Assembly: GCF_018350175.1 (NCBI RefSeq)
Contig: NC_058368.1
Location: 76,820,001 to 76,884,000 of the forward strand
Source of the DNA: Felis catus
Lineage: Eukaryota
DNA length: 64,000 nt
Reading direction: 5' to 3'
Shown here: positions 39,608 to 51,100 of the stretch, one piece after another
Position numbering within the stretch: the stretch's first letter is position 1
Layout: the number at the start of each line of letters is the position of its first letter
Notes under the pieces: model-generated
The model's database searches: none
The model's input: the letters and a program-made list of their open reading frames with translations, nothing else
What the model was told of the DNA's origin: nothing
Position numbers and translations under genes: made by a program

Positions 39608-39613
39608 TTTATT
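39608..39613 (-). terminator. Candidate proximal alternative polyadenylation signal AATAAA
   Basis: tttatt on + strand; UGUA motif upstream at 39654-39657; downstream element less clear. Confidence 0.4.
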
Positions 39614-41339
39614 AAAAAGGTGAATAAGGCTACTGTAACACCCCGAATCCATATACAGTAAAATCTGAACCCTATTTACAGCATCTTCAGTTAAACGTTA
39701 TGGTGCAAATTCCAAAGTCAGGTGACTAGGGATGAGAATACAAGCAAGGCATTTACAGTAACTTTCCAAAGCGGCACCAACTTCAAATAAAGGGAGAGTT
39801 GGTAGATTGTCATATTCTGCACCAGACACAAAACAGACGCACAGAACACTTTTCCATTGGTTGCAGGTAACTCTTCATCAAATTCATCTGATTTTTCACA
39901 GTTTAGCATATAACCAAAAGGTAGCCAACCGATGAGACACATTTGATTTCATTAAAATCAGACTATTTCCCATGTTCCCCCTTCTTGCCCCTCTCCCCCA
40001 TCCGAAAGGTAATTTTTGATGGCTTACAAGAAAATCTTGTACGAATGCACGTAAAGGAGAGGGTGGGGTGATGGAAAGAATTACATATGTACTGTGGCTG
40101 GTCACCATGGCAACCCTCCACAGAACTATGATATAGATATATATAATATATATTGTAGATATATATTATACATATATGTACACATGTATACCACTCACCC
40201 ACTCACACACACACACACGCACTTTGGACCAACATCATTTTCAGGTTCAGGAAATAGAGAAGGAATAATTTCTGTGACAACTCATTTTTGCAGGCATTCA
40301 CTGGAGGTCTGAGAACCTTAAAATGCTGTTGCTACATTTTTTTTTTTCTCCCAATTCAGAAAGCAAAGTGTTACCATAGTAACGGGACTATGTTAAAGAT
40401 GTCTATTTTGCATAGCACATAAAAAGTAGGTTTCCTGTTTACTCGTTTTGTTTCCCAAAAGGGAGGGGGCGGGGAGGGGGTGGGGGAAGGGGGCCGGAGC
40501 TCAACTTTCAGCCCTAAGCCCCCTCTGAGGGGACCCGGTGGATTTTAGCGAACACTTCAGCCATAAGGCAAGGGAATACACAACACAGAAATGAAATGCC
40601 GGAACATCTTGCCACTGTTAAATATACGATGCGGTTAACATCCATTTCCTGGTATGCAGGGCTTGTATTTCCTAGTCTACGGTTACGTGAGATGCCTTCA
40701 GAGGACTGGGTTATTTTTGTATTTACTCCCGTTATTGTTATTTTTGGAGTGATGTTGTTTTTCCCAGATGGAGCTGTCCAATTTTTCTTTTTTTAAGCAC
40801 TGAGCGTTGGGACCACGTAATTGCCACAAGTGAATTTCACGTCTTTCTGGTGTGATTTGTGTGCAATCTTAAAATATAATATATTAGTACAAATCTGTCA
40901 GTTTCTATCCCTTGTGTTCTATATACCTGTTATAAATACGTGCCATCTTCCTCCCCCCTCGACATCATGATTTACTTCCGTCTTAAGGACTCAAAGAAGT
41001 TCGCAGTATGCGTCACCTGGACACAGCCTGCGGGCTGTGGCCTTGCTCAGTACCTCCGCGTCCGCCCTTGCAGCCGGACAGGACAGCACCGCCATAAACC
41101 AAAGTGTCGTGAGGCTCAAGTGGGGGTGCGGGGGGAGGACACGGGGGGGGGTGGGGAATCTGACCTACCTTTCACATAGGAGAATGCCTCAATAACATGG
41201 ATGACGATGGAATCACAGCCTGTCTGACCTTTGGCTTGTAAACTTCTAGGTCAGATCCGGCTCTCTGCTGTTCTCCTAAATGCTTTCCCTGTGTTTCATA
41301 AAATGTGATCAGTATAGCAGCTGAGTCTGCTTCAGACAT

Positions 41340-43250
41340 CATCCAAAGCCGACCGACTCTCCTACAGCGCCGAGGCCGTGCGCCTTATTGCCAGTACGAC
41401 AACAGTCCTGCCCAGATCTGTCATCGGCGGCCCTCCCGGCCCGCCCCTCTCCGACAATGCCCCTTTGTCCTACCCAGCGGAGAGAGACTGTGCTCCTCCT
41501 GCGCGTCGCCATTTGATCGGCGGATCCCTTCCAAGGCGCCCCACCCCACCGCGTGCGTGGTGTCTCCTACTTGCCTCTTAAAACCTCAGCCAACCAAAGT
41601 GCTGTGCTACCTAATTGGGGTTCCCCCTCGACTTTCTGCTCCCGACGCACCAGCAGCAGCGTTGAACTGCATTTGCAGACAGCCCTCCCCACCCCCACCC
41701 CCCATCCCGGCCCGCCCCCTTCCATGAGCTCCTGCTCTTTCTGGTCTTCCGCAGCTGAAGGCTCCTTAGTAGCAGACACAATTTCTAGAAGTGTAGGACC
41801 CATCGGCTCCAGCTGCCGTGGCGCGGGGGCAGAAGACTCCCAAGGTGAGTGTGCCAGCAGTGATGCGGGGTGTGGAGTGAGGGGCTCGCGCTGCGGGGCC
41901 CCGGAGGTCGGCAGGGGTGTGTGCAACGGTGAGGACTGGGCGCGGGACCTCTGAAAGCCTCCCCCAGCCAGAGGTCTGTGTGACAAGTCCGGACGCTCCT
42001 CGGGAGGGACGCCCAAGGCAGAAGGCGGCGTTTCCAGGCCCCGCGGCCCCCGGGGGACACCTGCCCGGGATGCTCACGGCTCACCCAGTTCCCCCCACGC
42101 CCGCTGCCGCTCTGTCGCCCTCGGCTTCCTGCAGACCCAGGTGACCGTGGCGCATGGCTTGGAGGTGGAGGGGGGAGGCGGGCGCTGCGGTCCCATCGGG
42201 CACCTTCCACGCCAGTCTCCCGGCCGGCGGTGGGCGTCTGTCTTCACCGCGGTCCGGGCGCTACAGACTAGGTAAGCTGTCCAACTCAACAGGGCTCTTC
42301 CGAGAAGGAGTGCTCCCTCTCCCCCGCCGTGCTCCGGTCCATTCGAGACACGGGGGGGTCATCAAACCCTCCTCGGGGCGGTGGCGGGACAGTGGGCTTC
42401 CTCTGGGAAAGCGAAGGCACCGCCGCGTCTCAGACCTTGTAGTAAATGTTCGCCGGGCTCTGGGGAGGCATCTCCTGGACTATGTACACGGGGTGCCCGT
42501 AGTCCCCGCTGACCTTCTCGTAGTGGGGGCAGAACACACTGTCCGCAGTCCTCAGCGGGATGATAATGTCACTGGGCTCCGAGCCGCTGTTGTTGCCGCT
42601 GCGCTTGGGGGTGGCCAGTGTGCTGAGCGACAGCGTGGCCGTGTGCTGAGGCGAGTGCTTCCTGTGTCTCCTCCGGTACTTGAGCAGGAGCACCACCAGC
42701 GTGATGATGATGACGATGAAGATGATGCATCCTGAAGCAATCCCTGCGAATAAGGCCACTTCGGAACCGAGGATGTTGTTCCCCGAATGCCCGGCACTGC
42801 TGCCGTCTGTGCTGGAACCTGCGGCCGGGGACGGAAAGGAGCAGCCCAGTTACTGCTGTCCCTGCTCGGATGGCAGCCCCCCAGCCTCGGTTCCCAGCCG
42901 CGCACACCCGGCAGGACGCGGCGATCGCCCCAAAAGGGGACGCGGACGGGACCCGGGCTCGCCGGCCGCTCTCAACCACAGGTGTCCCCATCCGTCCACC
43001 CTTGGGGACAGGAGGGGACAGGCTCCCACGCTTCCGCCCCAGGTCCTAAACCGCCATCAGCCACAGCAGGTGGACACAAAGGAAGCGGCCACCTCTGGGG
43101 CCAGGGCTGACTGCCGTGCGCCGCCCCCCTTGCCCCTCTGGGCGCCGGCCTTCCCGAGCATCTCCCGCCGCCTGCTTTCTATAGACAAGTCCTGCCTGCT
43201 GCGCGCTGAGGGGACCCTGGGGCCCTGGGAACACATGCCGCTCGTAACTC
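41340..43250. promoter_or_regulatory. CpG-island-like region over exon 5, proximal 3' UTR and 3' end of intron 4
   Basis: Visibly high GC content and dense CpG (e.g. cgcggcgatcgcc, gccggccgc); boundaries by eye. Confidence 0.7.
42430..42818 (-). CDS. EFNB2: Ephrin-B2 coding part of last exon 5 (389 nt; TM helix, cytoplasmic tail, PDZ-binding YKV, TGA)
   Basis: Acceptor ccgcag|GTT at 42818; encodes (G)[58 protein letters not shown]...[33 protein letters not shown], stop at 42430-42432. Confidence 0.98.
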
Positions 43251-44159
43251 GCTTGTATTATTTGGTTTACACCTAAAATATATTGGGAAGGCAGCAGAAA
43301 CACTCACGCTGAACACGCTGCCAACCCAAATGGGAAGCACTAAAAACTTGCCTGGCATCATTAGATTATCCATTTATCGGAGTGTCACAAGAATTTGACA
43401 CATCTTGCCATTGAAAATTAGAAACAACAGCCTCCCTCCATGATGCTTGTAAAGCGGGGGAAGTGGCCTGCAGATGCTGACTGCACATGCCACCAACAGG
43501 CACGCTGGTCCCTCACACGAGACTGCTGACGTCGGGGAGCAGCTACCGTACAGAAATGTCATTAGCGTGGAAATAAATACGTAGCTATCTGCTCAAGGAC
43601 CGGTACGAAAATGAAATTCAATGGCGGCCAACTTTATCCTGTATTCTAAACTTCAGCCAGTGATCCGACTGGTATTTTATTTTACACTGAAAATGTGAAA
43701 CAAAAATGTCAACAGTAACCACTCGAAGAACACGGCATTATGCGATATTTTAAGATGCCACCACCTAAAATGTAGAGGAGGATCAATCAGGCTCTTTGTG
43801 GATCAGACATAATTAGGCGAGGTATTAGAACATTAATTACATACATGTGAATATCGGCTCTACGCTACTGTTGCAACAGGCACGATTAAGTGTCTCCAAT
43901 AAAAATAACTTTGGTCTGAGTGAGTAGTGCTCATAATTGGCACTTGCATCTGATAAATTCTACTCTTCTGAATGGGAAACTTCCGTGGGAAGGCGCAATT
44001 CTGTTCTTATCGAGCCGTTAATAACAAGTACCTGCGAGCAAAGGTTACTGACTTGGGGAACTACAAGTTAATCCCACTAGGATCCAAGGGCTTGGACTCT
44101 ATTCTGCCTCTTGCTCACGGGACCCACGGACGCATCCACACACACTCACGCTGCCATAC

Positions 44160-44273
44160 CTGGATTTGGTTTAACAAAGGGACTTGTCGTTGAACTTCTT
44201 CCATTTGTACCGGCTTCTAGTTCTGGGCGTCGTGTCGGATCATTATGCCTGGTTGACCCAGCGGAACTCGCAT
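44160..44273 (-). CDS. EFNB2: Ephrin-B2 coding exon 4 (114 nt; extracellular stalk)
   Basis: Encodes (D)ASSAGSTRHNDPTRRPELEAGTNGRSSTTSPFVKPNP; acceptor gtatag|ATG, donor CCAG|gtatgg. Not in the ORF track; translated by hand. Confidence 0.97.
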
Positions 44274-45020
44274 CTATACGAGGAACAAATGATTACTTAT
44301 AGCCCAGACACCTGATGAGATCTAGCTCTAAGAACTGCCGCGTGTCAATCTCAAGAGGCACAGACAGCAATGAACGTGAGATTCTTTATGCAAAGTGCTG
44401 TGACATACAAGAATAGAGCTCTCCTTTTACAACGGAACGGTGGTACTACTTATGTCAGAGGTTCAGATCGTGAGGCCATCTGTGGAAACTATAGGGATTC
44501 TTGCATTTGGCACGCAGAGCATTGCAGATGACATTTCAATTTAAATGAGCAAGTTGAGTGACTACTATACCAATTTCTAATTAGAAGAATAAATCTTTCT
44601 GCACAATAGGTTATCTGTGTGGGAAAAGGCTCAGTGAACTAGTCTTCTGTACTCGAGATGCAGAAATGGGCCAAATGGCAGAAACCTAAGTTTTCATTCC
44701 GGGTAGCATAATTTTTTTGAACCAAAGAGGTGTTTTGCTTTTAATAAGAAAAAAAAAAAAAGTGTGCATAGAGATACACGTACACACACACATGGCAATG
44801 GACGTTGTACCTGGCTGACCTTAACTGTGAGAAGAAACTCCAATAAAAGAAGTTTGTTACACCGACTTGAGGAAATCTGTCAGTGGCTCAAGGTGCAGAG
44901 AAAGATGTGCTTTCGAAACTAGGCTACGAGTGCGTGAAGGTGGGCGTTCACGGCATTGGTGCCACACTCGTTGGGGACTCAACCAGATTATGGTGGCTTC
45001 ATGGAGCAGACGGTCTTTAC

Positions 45021-45113
45021 CTTGTCCAACTTTCATGAGGATCTTCATGGCTCTTGTCTGGCACACCCCTCCCTCCTGGTTATCCAGGCCCTCCAAAGAC
45101 CCATTTGATGTAG
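45021..45113 (-). CDS. EFNB2: Ephrin-B2 coding exon 3 (93 nt; end of the ephrin domain)
   Basis: Encodes (S)[30 protein letters not shown]; acceptor aatcag|CTA, donor CAAG|gtaaag; phase matches exon 2. Confidence 0.98.
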
Positions 45114-48100
45114 CTGATTAAAAATAAAATGGACAAAACAAAAAAATAAAGAAAAATCAGGAAATCAATAAGCCAAGTTTACATGAACATGAAATGTCTG
45201 AAAACAATTTGAAAAATAAGAATTCACTCTTAGTCACAAGTTTTTGGAAAGTATGGGATGCTGAAAGCCAAAAAATAAAAAATAAAGAAAATAAAGAAAA
45301 ATGGATCCTGTCAACACCGCTGCACGTATGCTATCTGGTTTCAAGTTTACTTAAGCGCTTTCTCCTTCCTTCAGAATCAACTGATTTAGGGTCAGTCCAT
45401 ACATAAAAGGGACAGGACCTTCCAAAAAGCTTACTATTTCAGGGTCGGCCTCAAAAGAGCAAAGTAGTTAATACAGTAACTTTAAAATGTGGTAATCATC
45501 GCACAACACCTGCTTCCTCTACTACAGATTTCCTGCTTCGAGAACAATTAGCTCGATGCTCCCTGTTTGCCAAGCATCCAAGTTCGGTAAACACTAAAAG
45601 AGGAGACTCCCACACCCCCTCCTTTTCTTTCCCCGCCTTATGTGAGATGAAGAAGTATGTTAGGATTCAGGTCTTCCACTTCTGAAGTTTTCTCTCCATC
45701 ATTTTGCACTGGACTGGAAATAATAAGTGTGTTATCATTACCAAGACCGACCTTAGACAGACTCTTCAACCAAGCTACCTGCTGGAGCACAGCTTGACCG
45801 ACAGAGGGGACCACGCGCGCCCTCTGCTCTGTCAGGGCCCTGGGGCAACCCTGGGGTATGAGGGGAGATTGTGCAGTACCCACTTGCCTCCTGTTTAGCG
45901 CGATTCCCTTCCCATTTCAAGAGGGAGGAGGAAGGACAGGACATTTGACCACTGTCAGTACTTTTAAACAAACAGCCTATGCTCCACTGTGTGTAAACAC
46001 GTTGCTGTTGCGTCTCCTTAGGACGGTGAGTTCTCTGAATAGCGTTGTGACTAAAGCTGTAAAAAGACTGCCAGGTACTTTGCTAAGGAAGAGGACTTAA
46101 ATTGCAGGTCAAGTTCCAGAAGAAAAAGAAGGTGGAGGGTGCTAGACGTTTCCATTCTTCCAAAGTTCAAGGGGCAAGGAACAGAAGTGTTTCATATACA
46201 TTTCTGTGCGGTAAATCATTCTCTACTTTGATTATCAAAGGCTGGTCTACTAACACTGTACTTTTCAAGGCACGGAAACAGGGACAGAATTTCTGGTAAA
46301 AATACATCCAAAGGCACTCTTTCAATGGGTTGTTTGTTTTCCAAATGGTGGACTGGCCAGCAAGGTCTACATGCACACATAGCAATATGTGGGCTACAGA
46401 GTTACAACTTTTACTTTCACTGCTTTGAAAAACAATGGCTGCTTCTTGTGTGTATAAATATCTCTGTGCTTATCTGAGTGCTTCCTTAAAGTTTACAGTC
46501 TTACGATCAGACCTCACTCCTCCGCTGACACTGGTGCCGAGTTTCTCCTGGGAAAATGGGCAAAATGGCCATAATCATTCTGGGGGTAAAAAGCAGACAG
46601 TCTCCTCTTGTAGATTGTTGAGAAAATGTTTGGCAGAGAAGTTAAAACAAATACCTAAAACCTTTACATGCCTCTGTGAATCTAATAAAAAAAAAAATCG
46701 TTTTTTTCCTTCCCCATTTCTCCACCCGCTTTCTCTTTTCCCTCCTCCAGACAGTTTCCTAAATTTCGAAGGGTCCTTTCCTCCCAAAGCCATGAAACAG
46801 TGTGGCTGTCTACGTGCAGGCACTGTTTGAGGTCAGGTGCAGAGCGATGCTATCATCTCTATTTAATCTTTCTCAAAAATTAGGATATGTTTTCATGTAG
46901 AAACCCTGGAAAGCTGAGGTCTAGCCAATGGCTTCAGAAGTTTACTTAATTCAAATGGAATCTCAATGTTGTCTATGCTGTAGGCACATAAATGCACTTT
47001 CATGCAAAAGTGCACCCAAATGCACAGCGAAATGACCTCTTTCTGACTAACGGCTTAACAAATATGTTAAAAATACGATCTGAAGGGTGGTGCACAGAAG
47101 AGGCGGGGGTGGGGTGGGGTGGGTAGAGCTTTGTTTGTTTGAACCTGGAGGTCAAAAGGTCAAAGATTCAGATCTGAAGGAGAAAAAACAATGAATACCA
47201 GAGTGGGTAAGACAAGACGTGGTAGAGAAGAGTCACCGTGGAACAGAATTCAAACCTGCGTCCTCCAAGATAAAAGCTTCTGACTGCTTCTACCAAGTCC
47301 ATTTGGAAGCAGGAGGGCTGCACCCCATTTGGGTGATTTTTTCTTTTGATTTTAATTTGTAGGTCACCGCCCTTTCTGAATACCAATGCTTCCGTGCAGA
47401 GTGCTTGTGGGTGTGCCCTGAATGCTGTCCAAGTGACCCCCAAATGTAGAGAGCTCCAAGAATTCAAATTAAACTGCAATCTGTAATTCAGCATCCACAG
47501 ACTGTAAGATGGTAGGAGGAAAACCGTGTAGCCGGAGAATGAATCTGCTCTCCGTTTTTAACAGTTGAAACTGTTTTTTAATTCCTTGAGGGAGGAAGAG
47601 CCTTCAAGCCCTGAGCTGCACAGAGGGAAATGGGAGCTTGTGCCTTTGCCTGGTTCTTGGAGCTCAGAGGCCGATGCTGGTTTGGGGGGGGGGGGGCGGT
47701 GGGGGTGAAGGGGGAGGATGGGCCAAGAGGGAGAACACTGTGATGTGCATTCCAGACGCTTGCTTTGTTCCCCTTTAAGTCAACTTGCAAGTTGCAAAGG
47801 TGACTGGAAGATATTGGAAAATTCATTACTAACGCTAACACAGCATCCCAGATACCTGGTTGTTTAAAAAGGGAATGAACTATAAAATACAGCTGGATGT
47901 TTGCTGTGAAGGAGTTTTGCCCTGCCGTATGGTAGGTAGCCATGACCCGAGCGGTCCCAGAAAGCCTGGATGGAAGATGTCAGCAGCCAACTGAAGCTTC
48001 AGAAGGTTAGCTTTCTAGCAAGCATAGAATAATTTAGAGTGACTTGAACTTACTTTATATTTGATTCTGTAATGAAAATTACCCTCACTCTTCCCTATGA

Positions 48101-51100
48101 CCTCCTCAGCAGGAAGTGTAGGGAGCATCGTTCTCATTCTAGTGGTCCTCCTGTCCCTTGCCTTGAGCAAGGACACTGACAAGTGTCCTGTCCTGATAGC
48201 ACCTCCTTATGGCAGTCAGCTCTGAAATAAAGCCACAAGATTAATCCTCTGAAGGCATAGTAGTGGCTCACTCTGAAAGGCAAGAAAGTGCTAATGCTTG
48301 GGGAGAAGTCTAATTTCATTCCAGGAGACAATTTGGCAATATTTTTTATTGTTGATCTGAATGTATTAGGAATTTTTGACTTAGAGAGAGGGTAAAAATA
48401 AATTGCTACCTCATTATCCTTTGCTTTTCTTTGTATCTACCAACATTATCTAATGCTGCCACAATTACAGTATTCCTAAATAGATGAAATTGCATTTAAT
48501 CATTTGGAGACAGAAAAAATAACCCTGTTATACCTAAGCTTTTAGTGCCCATTTTTTTGTTCTTGGTCTAGAGAAAATATAGACTTTATAAAATTAAAAA
48601 TTACTAAGCAAAGTTTCTCCATCCAGTTAGAAAATGGGCTTAATAAAGATACATGGGCATTTTATAGCCTGCTTTTAAAGGCTTCTGCTTCAGGGATCTA
48701 ATTGCATGTAGTAAGTATACTGAAATTACCAGATTGTTCCCCTGGGGCCTGATTTCCAGTGGGTGGAGATCATTACTCAGCAAAAAAGTACCCCGAGTTC
48801 TCACTGCTTCTAAAAGTTCTTCACATCTGAAAACTGCACTGCCCCACATCTGTGGCTTCCCATGAATTTGCACATGGACCTATATCTGCAGCTCCTACTC
48901 CCTGGGAATGGTACACTGGTTATCCAGGGAGAAAAAAGAGAACCGGTGAATAAAACAGACTAAAGGGGCAAGAATCTTTCTGGCCGTGTTTTCTAGACTG
49001 TGCCCACAGAGAGGAAGTAAGAGTACATTTTAACATGTCTTCATCTGATGGCCACTGCCCCACGCCCCGGGAGGCTCCACTCTGTGGCACTGGCTTTGGG
49101 CGGTTTTCAGTCTATCACTTCGGTAACCTTGTGCTAATCAGATGGAGGAGTCACTGCTGGGTTGGTACCGTTATATGGGTCTCATTCACAAGGAGGTCAG
49201 GAAGGAGGGCAGCACAAAAAAAGTCTGCAGGATAATATAATATCACTAGGAAGGAATTCTTGGCTATTCTGGAAAGGATGAAAAAACACACTCATACTAT
49301 GCAGGTGATTTCAAACTATTCTCAAATGTAGCTTCCTGGGATGGGGCAGGGAATGGACGGACACTCAAAAGCAAACCTTTTTATCCACTTTATCAAAGCA
49401 GTCTACCAAAGGAGAGACAGATAATAAGCACAGAGGATCAGGAAAGCCACAGAGATCAGTTTCCTAATAAGAACAGAAACTATAATGTATTAAAGCTGCA
49501 CATATTTGCTCTTACTTGATGATGAAACAAATAGCACTTTGTGACAATTCTCTATCAATATCATCCTCTTTGCACGACTCTCTTCCATGCATGTCATGAT
49601 ACACTGGCCCTGGTAATTCTGATTTCTTAGGGCCGGTCTTCCTGCACGTGGGTCTTTCTCCTTAAGCTCAACACAGACTCAGAAGAACCAGAAGCCTATC
49701 ACCTGACAATCCGAGGAACCCAAAGCAGCAGAATCAAGTAGGAAACAGAAAGCCATGACCTTCAAATAAACATGATACACAAACAAGCTTACTGTCTTCT
49801 ACCAGGGCTCGCAATTCTTGGAACGTCTAAAGGCTAAAAAAGCTGGAGTGAGACGTGTAGGTTGAAAACTAAGGAACCCGATAAAAATGTAATCGATGAC
49901 TGTGAACATATAAACCCGGGAAACTTAGAGCATTGTCCTTAACGCCCTGACAGCAATTCAAAGTCAGAATGTCTAGTATCAAAACAGCGATGTAATTTCT
50001 AGATCTCAAGGTAGTTCGATGCCTTGGGTATCACAAGGGTCCTTTCAGATACTGAGGAGAAAGATTCTAAACATGGACATGATAGAGTTCAGTGAGTGCC
50101 AAAAATAAATGCCTTTTTCTGTAATTAATAAAAACTTCTGAAACAGAAACAACTGTATAATGTGCCAAAAGAAAGGAGAAAACGTCCCTTTTTCCAGCTT
50201 CTTTTCACGTGTTTTTCTTTGTGGATTTATAGTGTAAGAAATGAGGAACGTGTCATCATCAGTTTCCAAGGGCTTCGTTATTTCTCCTTGCCAGAACGTT
50301 CAAGAAAATTCAGCATGATTTCAAGGCAAATGGCATTTCATCCCATAATACCAAATTTGCCTTATCTTTGCTATATAAATAAATGCTTCTTAAAATGGCC
50401 TCAATTTGAAGAAAAAAAATACAAAGAAAGATATTTTCAAAGTGAAATATACATCCACAAAAAAGGTTGCTTTTTTTTTTTTTTTTTTTTTTTTTAATCT
50501 CTACTTGATGTGACAGCTCTCACGGGCATTTGATTAGCTGATTTTTAGTGTGTGGGGAACAGTTCACAGTTCAAACACTGTATAAGCTACTAGTGAGGTA
50601 GGATGTGTGTGTTTCTCGCCCAAGGAAACATTGTTCCAGTATGATAAGAAGAATCACTTGAATTAAAACCACATCACTGTGGTTGTGTTTTGAAATTTTA
50701 AGGCAGTAAATCATGCATTAAGAATTAATAACTGGCTTAGCCCCAGTGACTTCTACCCAACACAATTAATTAGTTTCTCTGCTAGACAGAACGATTTGGA
50801 AAAATGAATTTAAAAAGGGAGTCACAACTTAGACCCTCCCTCTTGTATTCTAGCATTAAAATAGGAGTGAAGATACCAGGTATCAAATTTAAATGGATGC
50901 TCTTGAATAAAACAGTATAATTTTATTTCCTTAGTTTCAAATGTTCATCATGAACAATGATAGGATATTCTATTGACAGCTCAGGAAAAAGAGGTGGTTT
51001 TAAAAATGTGTTAACAACCTTGAAACAGCTTAGTAAACTTTGTGCGTTCACTAGAAGGTTTAATGACCGATATTGCCACTTTATATTAATTTGGGGGGAA

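Larger units (their letters stand above)
39138..42429 (-). other. EFNB2: EFNB2 3' UTR (~3.3 kb; distal end approximate)
   Basis: Repeat-free sequence following the stop, GC-rich proximally and AU-rich distally, ending at AATAAA with a downstream U-rich tract. Confidence 0.8.

Noticed and set aside
42154..43276. Long + strand ORFs (193 aa and 198 aa) antisense to exon 5
   Set aside because: Explained by high GC and by being the reverse complement of a coding exon; no recognisable domain.
46993..47014. Inverted repeat TGCACTTT-N6-AAAGTGCA (and an imperfect palindrome at 55016-55039)
   Set aside because: Stems of 8-11 bp are expected by chance in 64 kb and are too short for a pre-miRNA.
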